From positions 27,220,001-27,284,000 of the forward strand of contig NC_087437.1 of assembly GCF_036321535.1 (NCBI RefSeq): a DNA stretch of 64,000 bases, in the 5' to 3' direction. Origin of the DNA: Camelus dromedarius. Its lineage: Eukaryota. Position numbers and translations under genes: made by a program. Positions within the stretch are counted from its first letter, which is position 1. Each line of letters opens with the position of its first letter. The notes under the pieces are model-generated. The model was not told where the DNA came from and did no database searches. It saw nothing but the letters and a program-made list of their open reading frames with translations. Shown piece after piece: positions 12,891 to 55,844 of this stretch.

Positions 12891-14941
12891 AACAAAATTT
12901 AAATGCCATCTATTCCATTTCATTTTGATTATGAAAACTGTAGTGACAGAGGTGTGTCAGTCCAGAGATCCGTCATGTGCTTTGTTTGTGATTCTTTCTC
13001 TTGCTATGTAAACAGCATTTCCAATACAACACTGGATTCTGAAGCTGTTTTCAAGTGGGGATTTAAACCCCAGATTAAAGAAGCACGTATGGTAGCTGGT
13101 AGAAGTGTGAGACTTCTGATTAAGTGTGAACACCCTCTGTGGTAGCTGAGGGCTCCTGGGATTTGACCTAATAGGAAGGTTGCAATGGATGCTTCCCTGT
13201 TCCTGGTTGCTGGAAGGAAGGGGTGAGAGGTTCCCAGGGTGTTGTGGGGCTCAGGTGGAGGTCGGGGTGGGCCGGCTGGCAGACTGTTCAGGTGCAGGAG
13301 TGTTGAGGGAAAGACCCAGTCAGTGTGGACAGTGGCCTTTGTATAAGTCTCAATCTCTCTGCCGTCTTGCTTTCAGTTCCATTCCATGGAGTCTAAGTGA
13401 AAAGCCGTTTCCTATAGTTGTAACTTGCACACACAGGGTGCCCTTTGTTGTAACTTAATAACAAACTTAATTTTGAGTCATTATGTGCCTGATAACACAA
13501 TCCTACTATCATTTCATAGGCAGCCTTTTTGGGTCACACTCAGAATGTTTACTGATGCTCTAAAAACATTCAATTTATGTCAAGGCCATTTGCATGAATG
13601 AAATGATCACTTTTAAAATTTGGTAAGTAGAAAATCTTCATACTTGGCGAAGCAGGGGTGGGAAGGAGAGAGAAAACAATTGGCAGAGTGTGGACCTAAG
13701 TCCACGTTAGTAAACGTCATCTATCATCTTTATTACCAAGTCTTTAAAATGCATGGACACGTGGTGTTTGAAACCATGCCAAGTTCTTAACTGTTAACTT
13801 GCCGCTAAAGCATGAATCCTTTTTTCCCCTTCCCTTGATGATTGTTTCACTGTTGTCTGAAGGAGCCTAAAGTAGTTGCTGTAATTGCTGTCATCCTACT
13901 AGTTCTGGGTGTTCCTGGTGGGTTGTCATTATTAAAAGTGAGAAAACTGAAGCTCAAGGAGGAAATGCTGTTTTCTTCCGGTACCAAACGTCAAGCCAGA
14001 CTCATGACAAGAAGTCAGCTTTTCTGTCCAAGCAGGTATCTGTTACGTCTTTCTAGGAAACATGTGCACAATTACTGAGCTGTGCTGTTCTCTTTCTTCT
14101 CGGCTTAACTCTCTGGGCGGCTTGCCCCTTACCAGACTATCTTGAGATACTCTGGAGGTTCGTTCTTTCTGTCTGTCTTTATCTCTCACACACATCCATA
14201 GCGTCACCCTTGCTTCATTCCCTATTATTTTCATGAAAAAAAGGAACTGGTTTGATTAGATCACAAAAGGATACCTTTCCAGCCACATCAAATGACTAGT
14301 TAGTATTTAATATCTCTAGTTAGACATTCAGTATCTCTCACACCAAAGGATGACTCAAAGGAGGTGCAGAGAAGAACGGAAGGGACTCCACGGCTTTAAG
14401 AGTTAGTTACTCAGCAGCAGACTCCATGTAAACCAAACTCTCAAAAAGCTCTCTGAGGATTTGGGGGGAGTAAAAACTGGGGGAAAACAAAACAAAAAAA
14501 ACAGTCCAGGTGTGGCCTGGGCTGTTGTTCACACAGATTTCTTTGGCTGTTCCTGAAGAGGGGTACCACATTGAGGGGGAGAACAAGGAGGTCTGTCACA
14601 CCTTATGTCCTTGGATCTATTAAATCCTTGGGTAACGATTTCTTCCTTTCTACTATGCTAGCAGCCTCAACCTGGGTATGCAGGGCACAGTGACCTAGAT
14701 CATCGCAAGGAGCAAAGGATTTTCTGTGGTGTATCATTCCTTTTTTGAAATGGGAAATCTCATGGTAAAGAAAAGCCTCCAAATTGGCTTTTCATTTTAT
14801 ATGCCAATAGCCGGGGCAGCTGCAAACGACTTTAAGCAGTGATTACTGCTATGGGCACCTAACAACTTTGTGCCTTTTTATTACCCAGGAAATTCAGGCT
14901 CTGGAGTACATCTGATGTTACTGTGAGCGGGATTCACAAGT

Positions 14942-15023
14942 CGGAAATGACTCAGAGTGCGCCTGCTCGCATCCAGTCAGTGATCCGGAACTGTTTGTGT
15001 TCTGAGACTGTCCTGTAAACCAC
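14942..15023. promoter_or_regulatory. Candidate enhancer core: ETS:AP-1 composite, second ETS-like core and RUNX-like site
   Basis: CGGAAATGACTCA at 14942-14954, CCGGAA near 14985, AACCAC at 15018-15023; motif only. Confidence 0.4.
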
Positions 15024-15696
15024 CCAGTAGTCAGGGGCTATTTTTACTTTCTACAGTGATGGGTCGAGTTCACTTAGCCAACTCATTTGCACACCTCTTT
15101 CCTCCCCTTTGGATTTAAATTGCTTGGTTAGTGAATCTGTCTTTCTTTTAAGTAGCAATCAAGCAGGTTGCTCACCTGCCACTTTTGTTTTGCCTGTCAG
15201 CGCTCCCCTGTCTTTCTGCCTGGTCAAGTCTGATTAGTTCTTGCACAATGTGGCTTCCTGGGCTGCTCCTGTGCGTTGAGATCCCGCAGCACATCTCATG
15301 CAGATGGTGGTCATCCATTCAAGCACCAAGGGGAGGAGGGGGAAAGAGTGCAGTGAGCCTGGGGTCTTCTGGGAGAGGAAGGGGCCAGTTGCATCCTTCC
15401 CCTGGGGCTGTAATCTCATGCAAAACAAAGGCTAATTAGAGGTGAAAGGGGCTTAATCAAGTAGGGGAGGGTCTGACTGCAGGGTGTGAAATGGGCCAAA
15501 ATACCAGTTTCTTTTTAGGGAGCTGTGTTGATTATGTTGGAGAGAGGGAAGGTGATGAAATTTTCCCACAGTAATGCCTCTCAAAGCCTGTTGGTCAGAG
15601 GCAAAGACTTTTTGTCTCTGGAAATCTATCAGATCGTTATTATTTTCCTATGGCCCCTTTCAAATGACTGGTGTTATTACCCCCTTATATATAGCT

Positions 15697-17055
15697 ATTT
15701 TTTCATAGACAGCTTTATTAAGATACAACTTCCATTCCATAAATTTACTTATTCACATGTTCTTCAGTGTGTATCCAACACTATGATCTAATTTTACAAC
15801 ATTTTCCTCATCCCCCAAAGAAACCTTGTACCCATTAGCAGTCACTCTCCACCCATGTTCCTTAAGTATGCTTTCCTTCTCCCTGCCCTAGGCAGCCACT
15901 AATCTACTTTCTGCTTCTATTGATTTGCTTCTTCTGGTCTTTTTATATAAATGGGTTCATACAACATGTAGTCTTTTGTGACTAACTTCTTTTCACTTTG
16001 CATAACTTTTTGAAGTTCATCTCTGTTATAGGCAACTATGATGTACTATATATGCCACTCCTTTTCATGGCTGAATAATATTCCATTGTATGAATATATG
16101 ATATTTTGTTTATCCATTTATCGGTTGATGGACCTTTGGGTTGTTTCCACTTTTCGACTATCATAAATAATGTTGATATAAATATTTGTTTGGAAGTTTT
16201 TGTGTGGACATAGGTTTTTGCTTTTCTGGGGTATATATGTAGAAGAGGAATTGCTGGATGATGTTTGTACTTTGTATTTAACATTTTGAGGAGCTACCAA
16301 ACTGTTTTCCAAAGTGGTTGCACCATTTTACATTTACACCAGCAATGTAATAAGCAATCAGCAGCCTCACCAACACTTGTTTTTTAATTATAGCCATCCT
16401 AGTGGGTGAGAAGTAGTATCTCTTGTGGTGTTGCTTTGCATTTCCCTAATGGCTAATGATATTGAAGATCTTTTTGTGTGCTGGTTTAGCTGTTTGTATA
16501 CATTCTTTGGAGAAATCTCTATTCAGATCACTTGCACATTTAAAGCTGGGTTGTCTTCTTATTTTTGAGTTATATGAGTTCTTTATATATTCTGGGTACA
16601 AGTCTCTTATCAGATGCATAACTCACACATACTTTCTCCCAGTCTGTGGTTATCTTTTCTTGATGGTGTTCTTTGAAGAACAAATGTTTTTAATTTTGAG
16701 AAGTCCTACTTTTCTTTTATTGCCTGTGCTTTTGGTATTGTACCTAAGATGTCATTACCTAATACACAATCACAGATTTATTCATATGTTTTCTTCTATG
16801 AGTGTTATAGTTTTTAGCTTTCACATTTGAATCTGTGACCCATTTTGAGTTAAATTTTTTGTACGGTGTGAGATAGGGGTCCAACTTCATCTGTTGCATG
16901 TGGATATCCAGTTGTCCCACCACTATTTATTGAAAAGACTTCTTTCTCCCATTTAATTGTTTTGGCCTCTTTGTCAAAAATCAATTGACCATGAACTTTA
17001 GAGCTTACTTCTGGACTCAGCAGTTCCCTTCTATTGATTAATATGTCTATCCTCA
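15697..17055 (-). mobile_element. L1MA/L1MB 3' portion (ORF2 end plus 3'UTR)
   Basis: ORFs 16036..16284 and 16850..17056 are degenerate L1 ORF2p (PAIPLL.IYP, KWKQPK.PSTDKWI, GQLIFDK.AKTI.W). Confidence 0.92.
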
Positions 17056-17074
17056 AATGTCCTATTTCAGAAAA

Positions 17075-17402
17075 ATATTTTTATTAACTGTAAAATACAT
17101 ATATAAAAGAGCATAGATTTAAATGTATAATTTTAATTAATTTTTGCATGTTAGCACAGCTGTGTAGCCAGCACCCAGAAATATAACATTACTAGCACCC
17201 CTCAGTCCCCTTGTACCCCTCCTAGTTGCTGCACCCAAAGGTAACCACTCTCTGATCTTTATCACCACAGATTAGTTTTATCTGTTTTGAATTATATGTA
17301 ATGGAACCATGTAGCATGTGCCATTTCCTGTCTGGCTTCTTTCCTTCAACATTATGTTTATGAGCTCCTTCTGTATTGTTGCATGTAGCAACAGTTCATT
17401 AG
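17075..17402 (-). mobile_element. Old L1M 3'UTR fragment
   Basis: aggtaaccactctctga...gtctggcttctttccttcaacattatg...gttgcatgtagcaacagttcatt. Confidence 0.75.
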
Positions 17403-17444
17403 TAACTAATGTGAGTTTTTGATATGGCGTTAGAAAATATGACA

Positions 17445-18075
17445 GTGCTTAATGATCTTCAGAATTCAACAAACCAATATTTTCCAAATGACTAATGCCC
17501 AGAAAAGGTGCATTAGAAGTGAAAGATACACCAATGGATTTTAGTATATCAGAGTTCAAAAAGCTCATTGATACTGTTTCACTTTCCACATTGCAACTAA
17601 CCTTTAAGAAATAACTACTTGTAGAGTTTTGGTGTAGTATCAAAGAAGGATAGCCACGAAGCCATTACATTTCTCCTTTGTTTTCCAGCTAAATATCTAA
17701 ATACCATATTTTCTTAATGTATTTCAGCCTAAAAGCATATCACAACAGATTGAAATCAGAGGAAGATATGAGAGTATAGCCATCTCATATTAAATTGGCC
17801 ATTAAACACATTTACAGAAATATAAAATAATGCCACTGCTTTCACTAATTTTTTTCCTTTGGAAAATATAGTTGTTTTTCATAAAATATTTTAGGTGAAC
17901 ATGTAATAGGTTAATTATTGCTATTTTAAATGAATGAATAAATATTTAAAATTTCAGCTTTAATTTCTAACAGGATAAATATTAATAGAACAACCCAGGT
18001 AAAAGCTCTTTGGGGTCACTGATAACTTTTTGGAGCATAAAGGGGTCCTGAGACCAAGAAGTTTGAGAACCATTG
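17445..18075 (+). mobile_element. Charlie1-like hAT DNA transposon 3' part
   Basis: ttccacattgcaactaacctttaagaaa...ggggtcctgagaccaagaagtttgagaaccattg terminal sequence. Confidence 0.85.
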
Positions 18076-18600
18076 GTCTAGTGGGTAGTTAGGCATTTAA
18101 CACATAAGCATACAAATAAGTATGTAATTATAAACCACCATGGTGGGAGATGTATAAGAGAACAGGTGCTAAGAGAGACAAACCAGGGAGTCATATTAGA
18201 TGGGCCATGGTGTCAGAGAAGGCTTCTCTGATCTGAAGAATGAGACGGGATGAAGGGTATTGCGGGTTGAAGGAACAGCATGTGCAAAGGCTCTCAAGTG
18301 GGGATGAGCTTGGCTTAGGTGGGGCATGGTGATGAAGAGCGTGGTATGAGGTAAATCAGGAGCTAAATCCCACAGACTCTTGGAGATCATGTTAAGATTT
18401 TGGCATTTTGTTCTAAGTACATAAAAATGACATTTCTATAATATGATCAGATTCAGAATTTTAAAAGATAACTGTTGTGTTGAAAAAGAATTAGAAGGGA
18501 ACGAGAGAGGAGGTGAGGGGGAGCACTTGGGCAGCTATTTTAATAGTCCAGCTGAGAAATAATGGTGTTTGTACCAGGACGGTGGTGGTACAAATGGAGC
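18076..18600 (-). mobile_element. L2 fragment
   Basis: gtcagagaaggcttctctga...gaacagcatgtgcaaaggc...taatagtccag. Confidence 0.7.
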
Positions 18601-19204
18601 TATTTTAGAGCTAACATTTATAGTTCTTGCTGCCCCCCCCTCCACTGGAGTGGAAGGGAGAGGAAGGCTTCTAGTTTAGAGCAATACTACCCATCAAGCT
18701 TAGTGACACCAATCCTAGGTATCACAAAGGTGAAATATCCATTACATCAATTTTATAATTACTTGCTATTTTTTGTGTGTGACTCAACTGACCACATTTA
18801 CTTTGATAATTACTTTTGATAATGAAGTTGAAAAAGTCACTCTCATAGCACCACCTTGTGGACAGTAATGAGAAGTTTTTAATCATTGGGTTAACTACTG
18901 GGTGGGGGAGGGGAGGAAGACACACGAAGTTCTCTAGAATATTTACCAGTTACCCGCCATGCCAAGTCTTTCTTGGAAAGAGATGGGTTATGAATACATT
19001 CAACAGAATTAATTGCAGGCTATCCTGAAAATAACGGGCTGTACTTATTCAAACGATTCCTTCTGGTTGAGTTTTGACGTAGAGTCATTGACTGAAAATA
19101 TCTTTTGTTTAGATACCATTTGACAGCCACCTGCTATATCTCTGGCTGCTTCTTCTCTGCGTCCTTTCCAGGGTTATAGTACCTTAGTTGACCACTAATG
19201 ATGG

Positions 19205-20228
19205 ATGGAAGTCCTTGGGGCTCAAATTTGGGCCCAGCTCTCTTACTTCATACTCTCCTCAGGCAAATTTATTTCTGACCATCATGTTACCATCAGTGCC
19301 TCCCAAATGGATTTATGTGGTCCAAGCCTCTCTGAGTTTCAGATTCTCATTTCTAATCCACTAGTATACCTCTCCATGTGAAAGTTTCACATCCAAGACA
19401 GAGTTTGGAGCATCATCCCCTCCAAACCTGCTGTTCTTTAGGGTTTTTAAATTTAATGAAGGCACAAACTTTCATCTAACTTTCAAACTAGAAATTTACA
19501 AGTCATTCCTGGTACCTCTTCCCTCATCTCCCACCCCCAGCAATCAATCTCTTGGCCTTGTCTACTTTCCCTATCGAGTAATATCTCCCAAGTGGCCCAC
19601 TTCAGTTTACCTTTATTGCCACTGCTCTGTTCTGGTCATCTTTGTCTTGATCCCTGCTATAGCCTTCTAACTAGTCTCTGTGTCCACCTGGGCTCTCTGC
19701 AATCCATTCTCCACACTGAGGCATTATCTCAAAGTGCAGACCCTCCCCAGCCACTTATAACCTTCCAAGGTAGCCCATGCCCCCTAGTCCACAGCTCCTT
19801 GTGGTGGGTCCTTACCAGCCCCTCCAGCTGCTTCTCAGCAGCTCCCCACCGGCGCTCTGCACCGGAGCCCCGCAGGTTCTCTCCTCCTCAAGCGCATTCA
19901 CCACATCACGTCCCTCCGCTCCCCTCCTACTTAGGTCCACTCAGTCTATCTACCTCAGCCTAACCATCTATTCCTTAGAGAGGCCTTTTCTTGAACTTCC
20001 AGGCCTTTAATTTAAGCTGTTACACATGAGAAATCCCTTCTGTCTGAACACTCATCTCAGTTTTCAAGTTTATATTCATTAAAGTGATTTTTTGATGAAT
20101 ACCTTTGCCTTGGAAGAGCTCCAAGAGAGAAGAGGGGCTGTGGCTCATTTTGCTCACTTTCTCCAGCACCCAGCCGAGTGCCTGGCACATAGGAGGTGTT
20201 TAGAAAGTTCCCTGAATGAATGAGTGAA
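19205..20228 (+). mobile_element. L2 3' region
   Basis: caatccattctccacac...gtgcctggcacataggaggtg...gaatgaatgagtgaa terminus. Confidence 0.78.
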
Positions 20229-20296
20229 CAGTTGTGTCTCAAAAGCCCTGAGACAGCAATTACAACAGTCATCAGTCCAGGTGTGACTGAAAGTTG

Positions 20297-20558
20297 TGTT
20301 ACGAAGGCAAGTTTGTGTGCCCACGGCACCATGAGGCCAAAACAAACTGAAACATCGAAGTATGGAGCAGAGAAAGGTTGATTGCAGGGCCAAGCAAGGA
20401 GGATGGGGTGGCTCATGCCCAAGAAAACTCTGAACTCCCCGAAGGGTTTCAGCAAAGCTGAAATACTATTATCTGGGTACTTCAGAGAGGAGCTGCAGCA
20501 GGAGACATGGGGGAGGGGGTCTGACCTTGGAAGGCCCCACAGGTCCTGCTCGGTTACA
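20297..20558 (-). mobile_element. ERV1 solo LTR (MER41-like, cetartiodactyl type), short
   Basis: TGTTAC...GTTACA termini, perfect 4-bp TSD GTTG (20293-20296, 20559-20562); minus strand begins TGTAACCGAGCAGGACC. Confidence 0.8.
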
Positions 20559-22597
20559 GTTGCATGTAACCTAGAGATACCAGGTCGAGCCAGGAAACCC
20601 TGGCCTGGGTCTTATGACATTGGTGAGCATATTCTTGACAAGGCAATATACACATATTTGCTAAGAACAAACAATAATGTTGAAGGACTTCCCAAAAGTA
20701 TTTGCCATCTTCTCAGAGGCATGGTCCCACTAAAGGCACAGTCAGCTTAGGTAGCTCTTCAGAAAAATTACCTCTGTCTTCAAGGAAGTAGCTTTCTCCT
20801 GCTTTATGTTTCAAAAGCTGACAGGACAATTAAAGTCATTTATCTCAAAACAAAGAAAGTTCAAAGGTGAACTGATGGTCCTAGGAGGACCTAGAGAAAA
20901 TTTCTAGCTAATTTAAAATAACACGTTTCTTCCTTACCCGCCGCCAAAAATCAAATATTATTGGGTGCCCTGTTTATAAGATGAAATGAAAACTCATTTT
21001 CACTGAACATCGCCATACAAAGTGATTAATACCTTTATATTTCAAAATTATTATACATCTCTATATAAAACATGTTCTGAATCTTTCTTCTATTATTTCT
21101 ACTTATTAATAGATTTGTTCTCGGAATAAGCAAAATAACATACATTACAAGTAAATAGTAAACATTCAAAAGAAAAGCAGGGTAGAGATAGAAAATAGAT
21201 TCAGAAATGAGGCCAATTAAAAAATGCCTTTTGTGAGGACTCACACACTGCCAGGCAGGCAGCCACACAACTGTGGTTGTCTACACAGCAGTCATCCTGC
21301 CCTTCTTCCTTCTACAGAGCCCCAGTTTTGTGCTGCTATCAAGTGTCCTATGCTCAGTTCATCAGGAGGATGAACCGTAGTTGATCTAAGAGAGTCATGG
21401 ACTCCTGGCTGAACCATTCTTGTTGGAAGGAATGTCCTTACTGTGTGCAACACATGTGGTGAGATCGCTTATTTGTGATTGTGAGCTTTCTCACCAGTGC
21501 TGTTGCTGTGGTTCTCATTAGGCTGTAAGCTTCCCAGCAGTCCACACCAAAAGGGAGATTTAGTTAGAAATAAGTCAGTGTCCATAAAACAAAAGCAGGC
21601 CTGCACCTCAGGAAAAGCCCAATATTGCTAAGACTAAGACCAAGTATGAAGAGGGTCTGCAGGGATCCACTTGTTGGTCCGATGTATTTAAAATCCTGAA
21701 TAAAGGCATCAGTGATAAGGATGCCGTAATCATCCATCCAAGCCAAACTGGCTTTCTCTGTTGACATAATTTATTATTCACCTTGAAGTTTCATTTTCTA
21801 CATGCTCCTTAAGTTAAAACATTATTCTTTGAGCCAAATGAAAATGCATTTAACAAACTAATTTGGACAACGGGTGCAGAAAAGTTGTTCTTTGCAAACT
21901 AACCTTTGGCTTGTGAGTACAAATCCCTAAGTCTATGAGTCGGCAAACCAGTGGGGTGGGTAGGAAAAAGGTCTAGATGGTTCTCCTGTGCTTCTATTAG
22001 AAAGAATACGTATCTTACTCTGGTATTTCTTCAAGAAAAGTGTAAGCATTCAGCAGGACAGGAAAAGATCATATTCTGGAAAGAATTATTTTCCCCTTTG
22101 AACAACGACATAAGAAGAGATTTTATTTTTATATACAATTTTATTTTGTCTAGGAATCAGACTTCTTTCTCAGTGTGTCTGTTTGTCCATCTGTGTATTT
22201 ATATCCAGCTTGTAAAGAAACAAAGCAAACATAGCACTGATAGAAAGAATGTCTCCTGTGTTCTCTCCCTGATGGCTTGAACCCACAGCCAACTGCAATA
22301 GCCGGCCTACCAGGAATAGCCACCCACCTCCCCCCACTTCAAGCCTGTTTTCTATTTTAATGACAAGAACTTGCTAATGTGGGCACTTGAAATGTAACCT
22401 TGGAAAGGAGTGCTCTTCATACCAGGAAATCTTTGAGAAGGCTTGAGTTCCTGCCATAACTGAAAATCTGATGATGTATTACCTATGACTTCATCCCCAA
22501 ATGAAAGCTAGCTCCCTGCTTCCATAATCCTCGGGGGGAATTACACCAAGAAGAGACAACTTTGGAAATAACGTGAAGGAGAGACTTCAGTTTCTCT

Positions 22598-23390
22598 CTC
22601 TTTTTTTTTTTTTTTTCTTTTTATTGAGTTATAGTCAGTTTACAATGTTGTGTCAATTTCTGGTGTACAGCACAATTTTTCAATCATACATGAATATACA
22701 TATATTCATTTTTATATTCTTTTTCACCATGAGCTACTATAAGATCTTGAATATATTTCACTGTGCTATACAGTATAAACTTCTTTATCTATTCTGTATA
22801 TACCTGTCAGTATCTACAAGTCTCGAACTCCCAGTCTGTCCCTTCCCACCCTTGCTCCTGCCCAGGCAACCACAATTTTGTAGTCTATGTCTGTGAGTCT
22901 GTTTCTGTTTTATATTTAAATTCATTTGTCTTCTTCTTTTTTTTAGATTCCACATATGAGTGATACATGATATTTTTCTGTTTCTGGCTTACTTCACTTA
23001 GAATGATGTCCTTCAGGTCCACCCATCTTGTTGTAAATGGCATTGTTTTTATGGCTGAGTAGTATTCCATTGTATAAATATACCACAACTTCTTTATCCA
23101 GTCATTTGTTGATGGACATTTAGGTTGCTTCGTGTCTTGGCTATTGTAAATAGTGCTGCTATGAACATTGGGGTGCAGGTCTTTTTGAATTAGGGTTCCT
23201 TCTGGATATATGCCCAGGAGTGGGATTGCTGGGTCATATGGTAAGTTTATTTTTACTCTTTTGAGGAATCTCCATACTGTTTTCCACAATGGCTGCACCA
23301 AACTGCATTCCCACCAACAGTGTAGGAGGGTTCCCTTTTCTCCACAGCCTCTCCAGCATTTGCCATTTGTGGACTTTTGAGTGATGACCA
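22598..23390 (-). mobile_element. Young 5'-truncated L1 (camelid-type)
   Basis: ORF 22885..23391 is the L1 ORF2p C-terminus ([32 protein letters not shown]); poly(A) tail; perfect 12-bp TSD ttcagtttctct (22586-22597, 23391-23402). Confidence 0.96.
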
Positions 23391-23623
23391 TTCAGTTTCT
23401 CTTTTGAATGCAGTGAAGGAACCAATCTATGTGAATGTAGAGGAGATACCTTCCAGACCCTGCTGTAAGTGGCCTGTGTTCTTCCTACAACACTGGTAGC
23501 AACTGCAGAGAGTTAATAGAGACAAAAGGAAGACAAAATTGCTCATGGAGGACTTTTGGCCAGGGGAGGGGGAGGACTTATGCATATGGAATGTGGACCT
23601 GAAATGGTCTTTCCCCAAATTGA

Positions 23624-23627
<4 letters not shown>

Positions 23628-23655
<28 letters not shown>

Positions 23656-23786
23656 TTTCTTTCTTTTTCTTTCTCTCTTTCTTTCTCTCTTTCTCTTTCT
23701 TTATTTCTTTATTTATTTTTAATGGAAGTACTGGGGATTGAGCCCAGGCCCTCATGCATGCTAAGCACAGCTCTATCTGACTCCCC
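23628..23786 (-). mobile_element. Camelid vic-1-type SINE in the MINDY4B 3' region, with (AAAG)n/(AAGC)n tail
   Basis: gtactggggattgagcccagg..catgcatgctaagc; TSD aaattg(a/g)gctt. Confidence 0.85.
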
Positions 23787-23851
23787 AAATTGGGCTTTGT
23801 ATCCCAGCAGTGCTGTCAGTTCAGGCTTCATTGCACATCTTGGCTTTCTTT

Positions 23852-53903
<30,052 letters not shown>

Positions 53904-54548
53904 TTAGATAATGTAAGGAATTGGATGAAGGAAGTTGTTAAGATGGGAGAGAGGGGTCTGCGGTGAAGTGAGATGGTTGGCACCGATGCCCAGGTGAAGC
54001 CTGCAGCTCCTACTCTTGACCAGCAAGGAGATTGGAGATCACACCACACAGCTGCCGCTCTGGGCTCTCTGTAAGTCCCTGTGATCGGATCATGATTAAA
54101 CTTTCAAAAGAGGTGGAATACGTTCTATTTTTCTTCACCGTATAGATGCCATGAATGTTTAATCAAAGACACAGATTTATAAACAAAGGGACTGCAATTA
54201 CTTACCTGTATCAAATCGACTGGGATAATTTAATTGATGAGAGATACCACGCTGGTGGAATGTGATAGCACCTTATGCTGTGGTGTCTCCTTGGAAATAC
54301 GTAGTCAGAGGACGAAAGCCATTATGTTGATATCAAAAAACAATACTGACTCCTGTTGGGTAGGATGTAGGCCAAGGAAGAAACTGGCCAACAGATATTT
54401 GATATAGATTTCAGTACACAGAAATCTTATGCAATTTGAAAGGGGATTGGTTTAATTTGGTTCAGGGAGAAATTTAAAAGTATGTCTCTGCCTATTAGCT
54501 GAATGAATGGTAGCCATACTAACTGGCATAATAAAGAATATTGATAGT

Positions 54549-54982
54549 TATGAAGGTTAATTTTATGTGTCAACTTGCTAGGCTATGGTACCCAGTTTTT
54601 GATCAAATAGCAGCCTAGATATTGCTGTGAAAGTATTTTTTAGATGTGATTAACATTTAAATAGTAGATTTTGAGTAGAGCAGATTATTCCTCATAATGT
54701 GAGTGAGCCTCATCCAATCAGTTGCATAACTTAAGAGAAAAGACTCAGGTCCCACAAGGAAAAGGAAATTGGCCTCCAAACAGCCTTCTGACTCGAGTCT
54801 ACAACATTAACTCCTCCCTGGGTCTCTAGCCTGCCAGCCTGCCTTGCATTTTTCAGACCTCCCAGCTACTACTGTCATGTGGCCAATTCCTTAAAATAAA
54901 TCTCTCTTTATATACATATATATAGAGAGAGAGCTCCCTATCCTGTTGGTTCTGTTTCTCTGGAGAACCCTGAGTGGTATCA
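54549..54982 (+). mobile_element. MLT2D-like solo LTR, about 650 bp upstream of the MINDY4B start codon
   Basis: ggttaattttatgtgtcaacttgctaggctatggtacccag...ggttctgtttctctggagaaccctga. Confidence 0.88.
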
Positions 54983-55844
54983 TGGTGTTTATCAAAAACA
55001 ATTACTGCTTACCAGTAGAAGTGTTCCTGTCTCCTCTGACTTGGTTGAATAGTGAAATTGGACCTCTTCAGCAGGAAGTCACTTTGTCTATGACATTTCT
55101 GATCATGAGTTTTGTAAAATCCTGGGAAAACTAAGAGGTCAAGGCAAAGATTTATGTGGATTTATTTTGACTAGCATGGTCATGGCTGAGGGGACTGGTT
55201 ATATATATTATTATGAAGACCTTGAAACACACAGCAAGTCACCACATCAAACAGAGGTGGATTTAGAAGTGTCCGCAGTTTAGCTTGGGAATGCTCTACC
55301 TCCAGTTTCTTAAATTTATTTTTGGTGATTGTTTAACCATTTCATGTTCACAAGTCCTATAAACTTCCACCAAGTTCAGTATTTTTATTGTAGACATAAA
55401 AAGCGTGAAGAAATCCTTTCTTATTTTCCTCCTCTAACCATAAATCCTCCTTTAAAAAAAGCTTTACTCTGCTTTCCTCTTTATAATTTTATAGTTTAAA
55501 TGTTGGCATCACTATTTAATATTTTGGGGCACCCCAATCCCCAGTATAGAAAAAAAAATTAAAAATTCCTTGATCTTTGCTCTCAAATAATCTAAAAGTG
55601 ATAAATGTTTTGGAATTTCCTATGTAGAAAGCCATATTAAAAAATTAATTCTGGATCTGCCATTTAAATAATTTAACAACCCAAAACCAAGAAAAGGGAG
55701 TAGCTAAGAAAACTATTTATCTTAAGGATCATTATTAAATCTGTATATTTGGGGCAATGTTTGTGTCCTGATTTACAGAAAATTCTGTAGAGGTAGAAGC
55801 ATATGCCCCAGCGACCAGACAACTTATCAATACACCCTTTTGTT

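Noticed and set aside
13842..14078. ORF with a hydrophobic, transmembrane-like stretch
   Set aside because: Non-ATG start, no recognisable homology and no convincing splice partners.
22885..23391. 168-aa ORF as a functional gene (likewise 59719..59961, 16036..16284, 31848..32201)
   Set aside because: These are fragments of L1 ORF2p from truncated elements and cannot encode a working reverse transcriptase.
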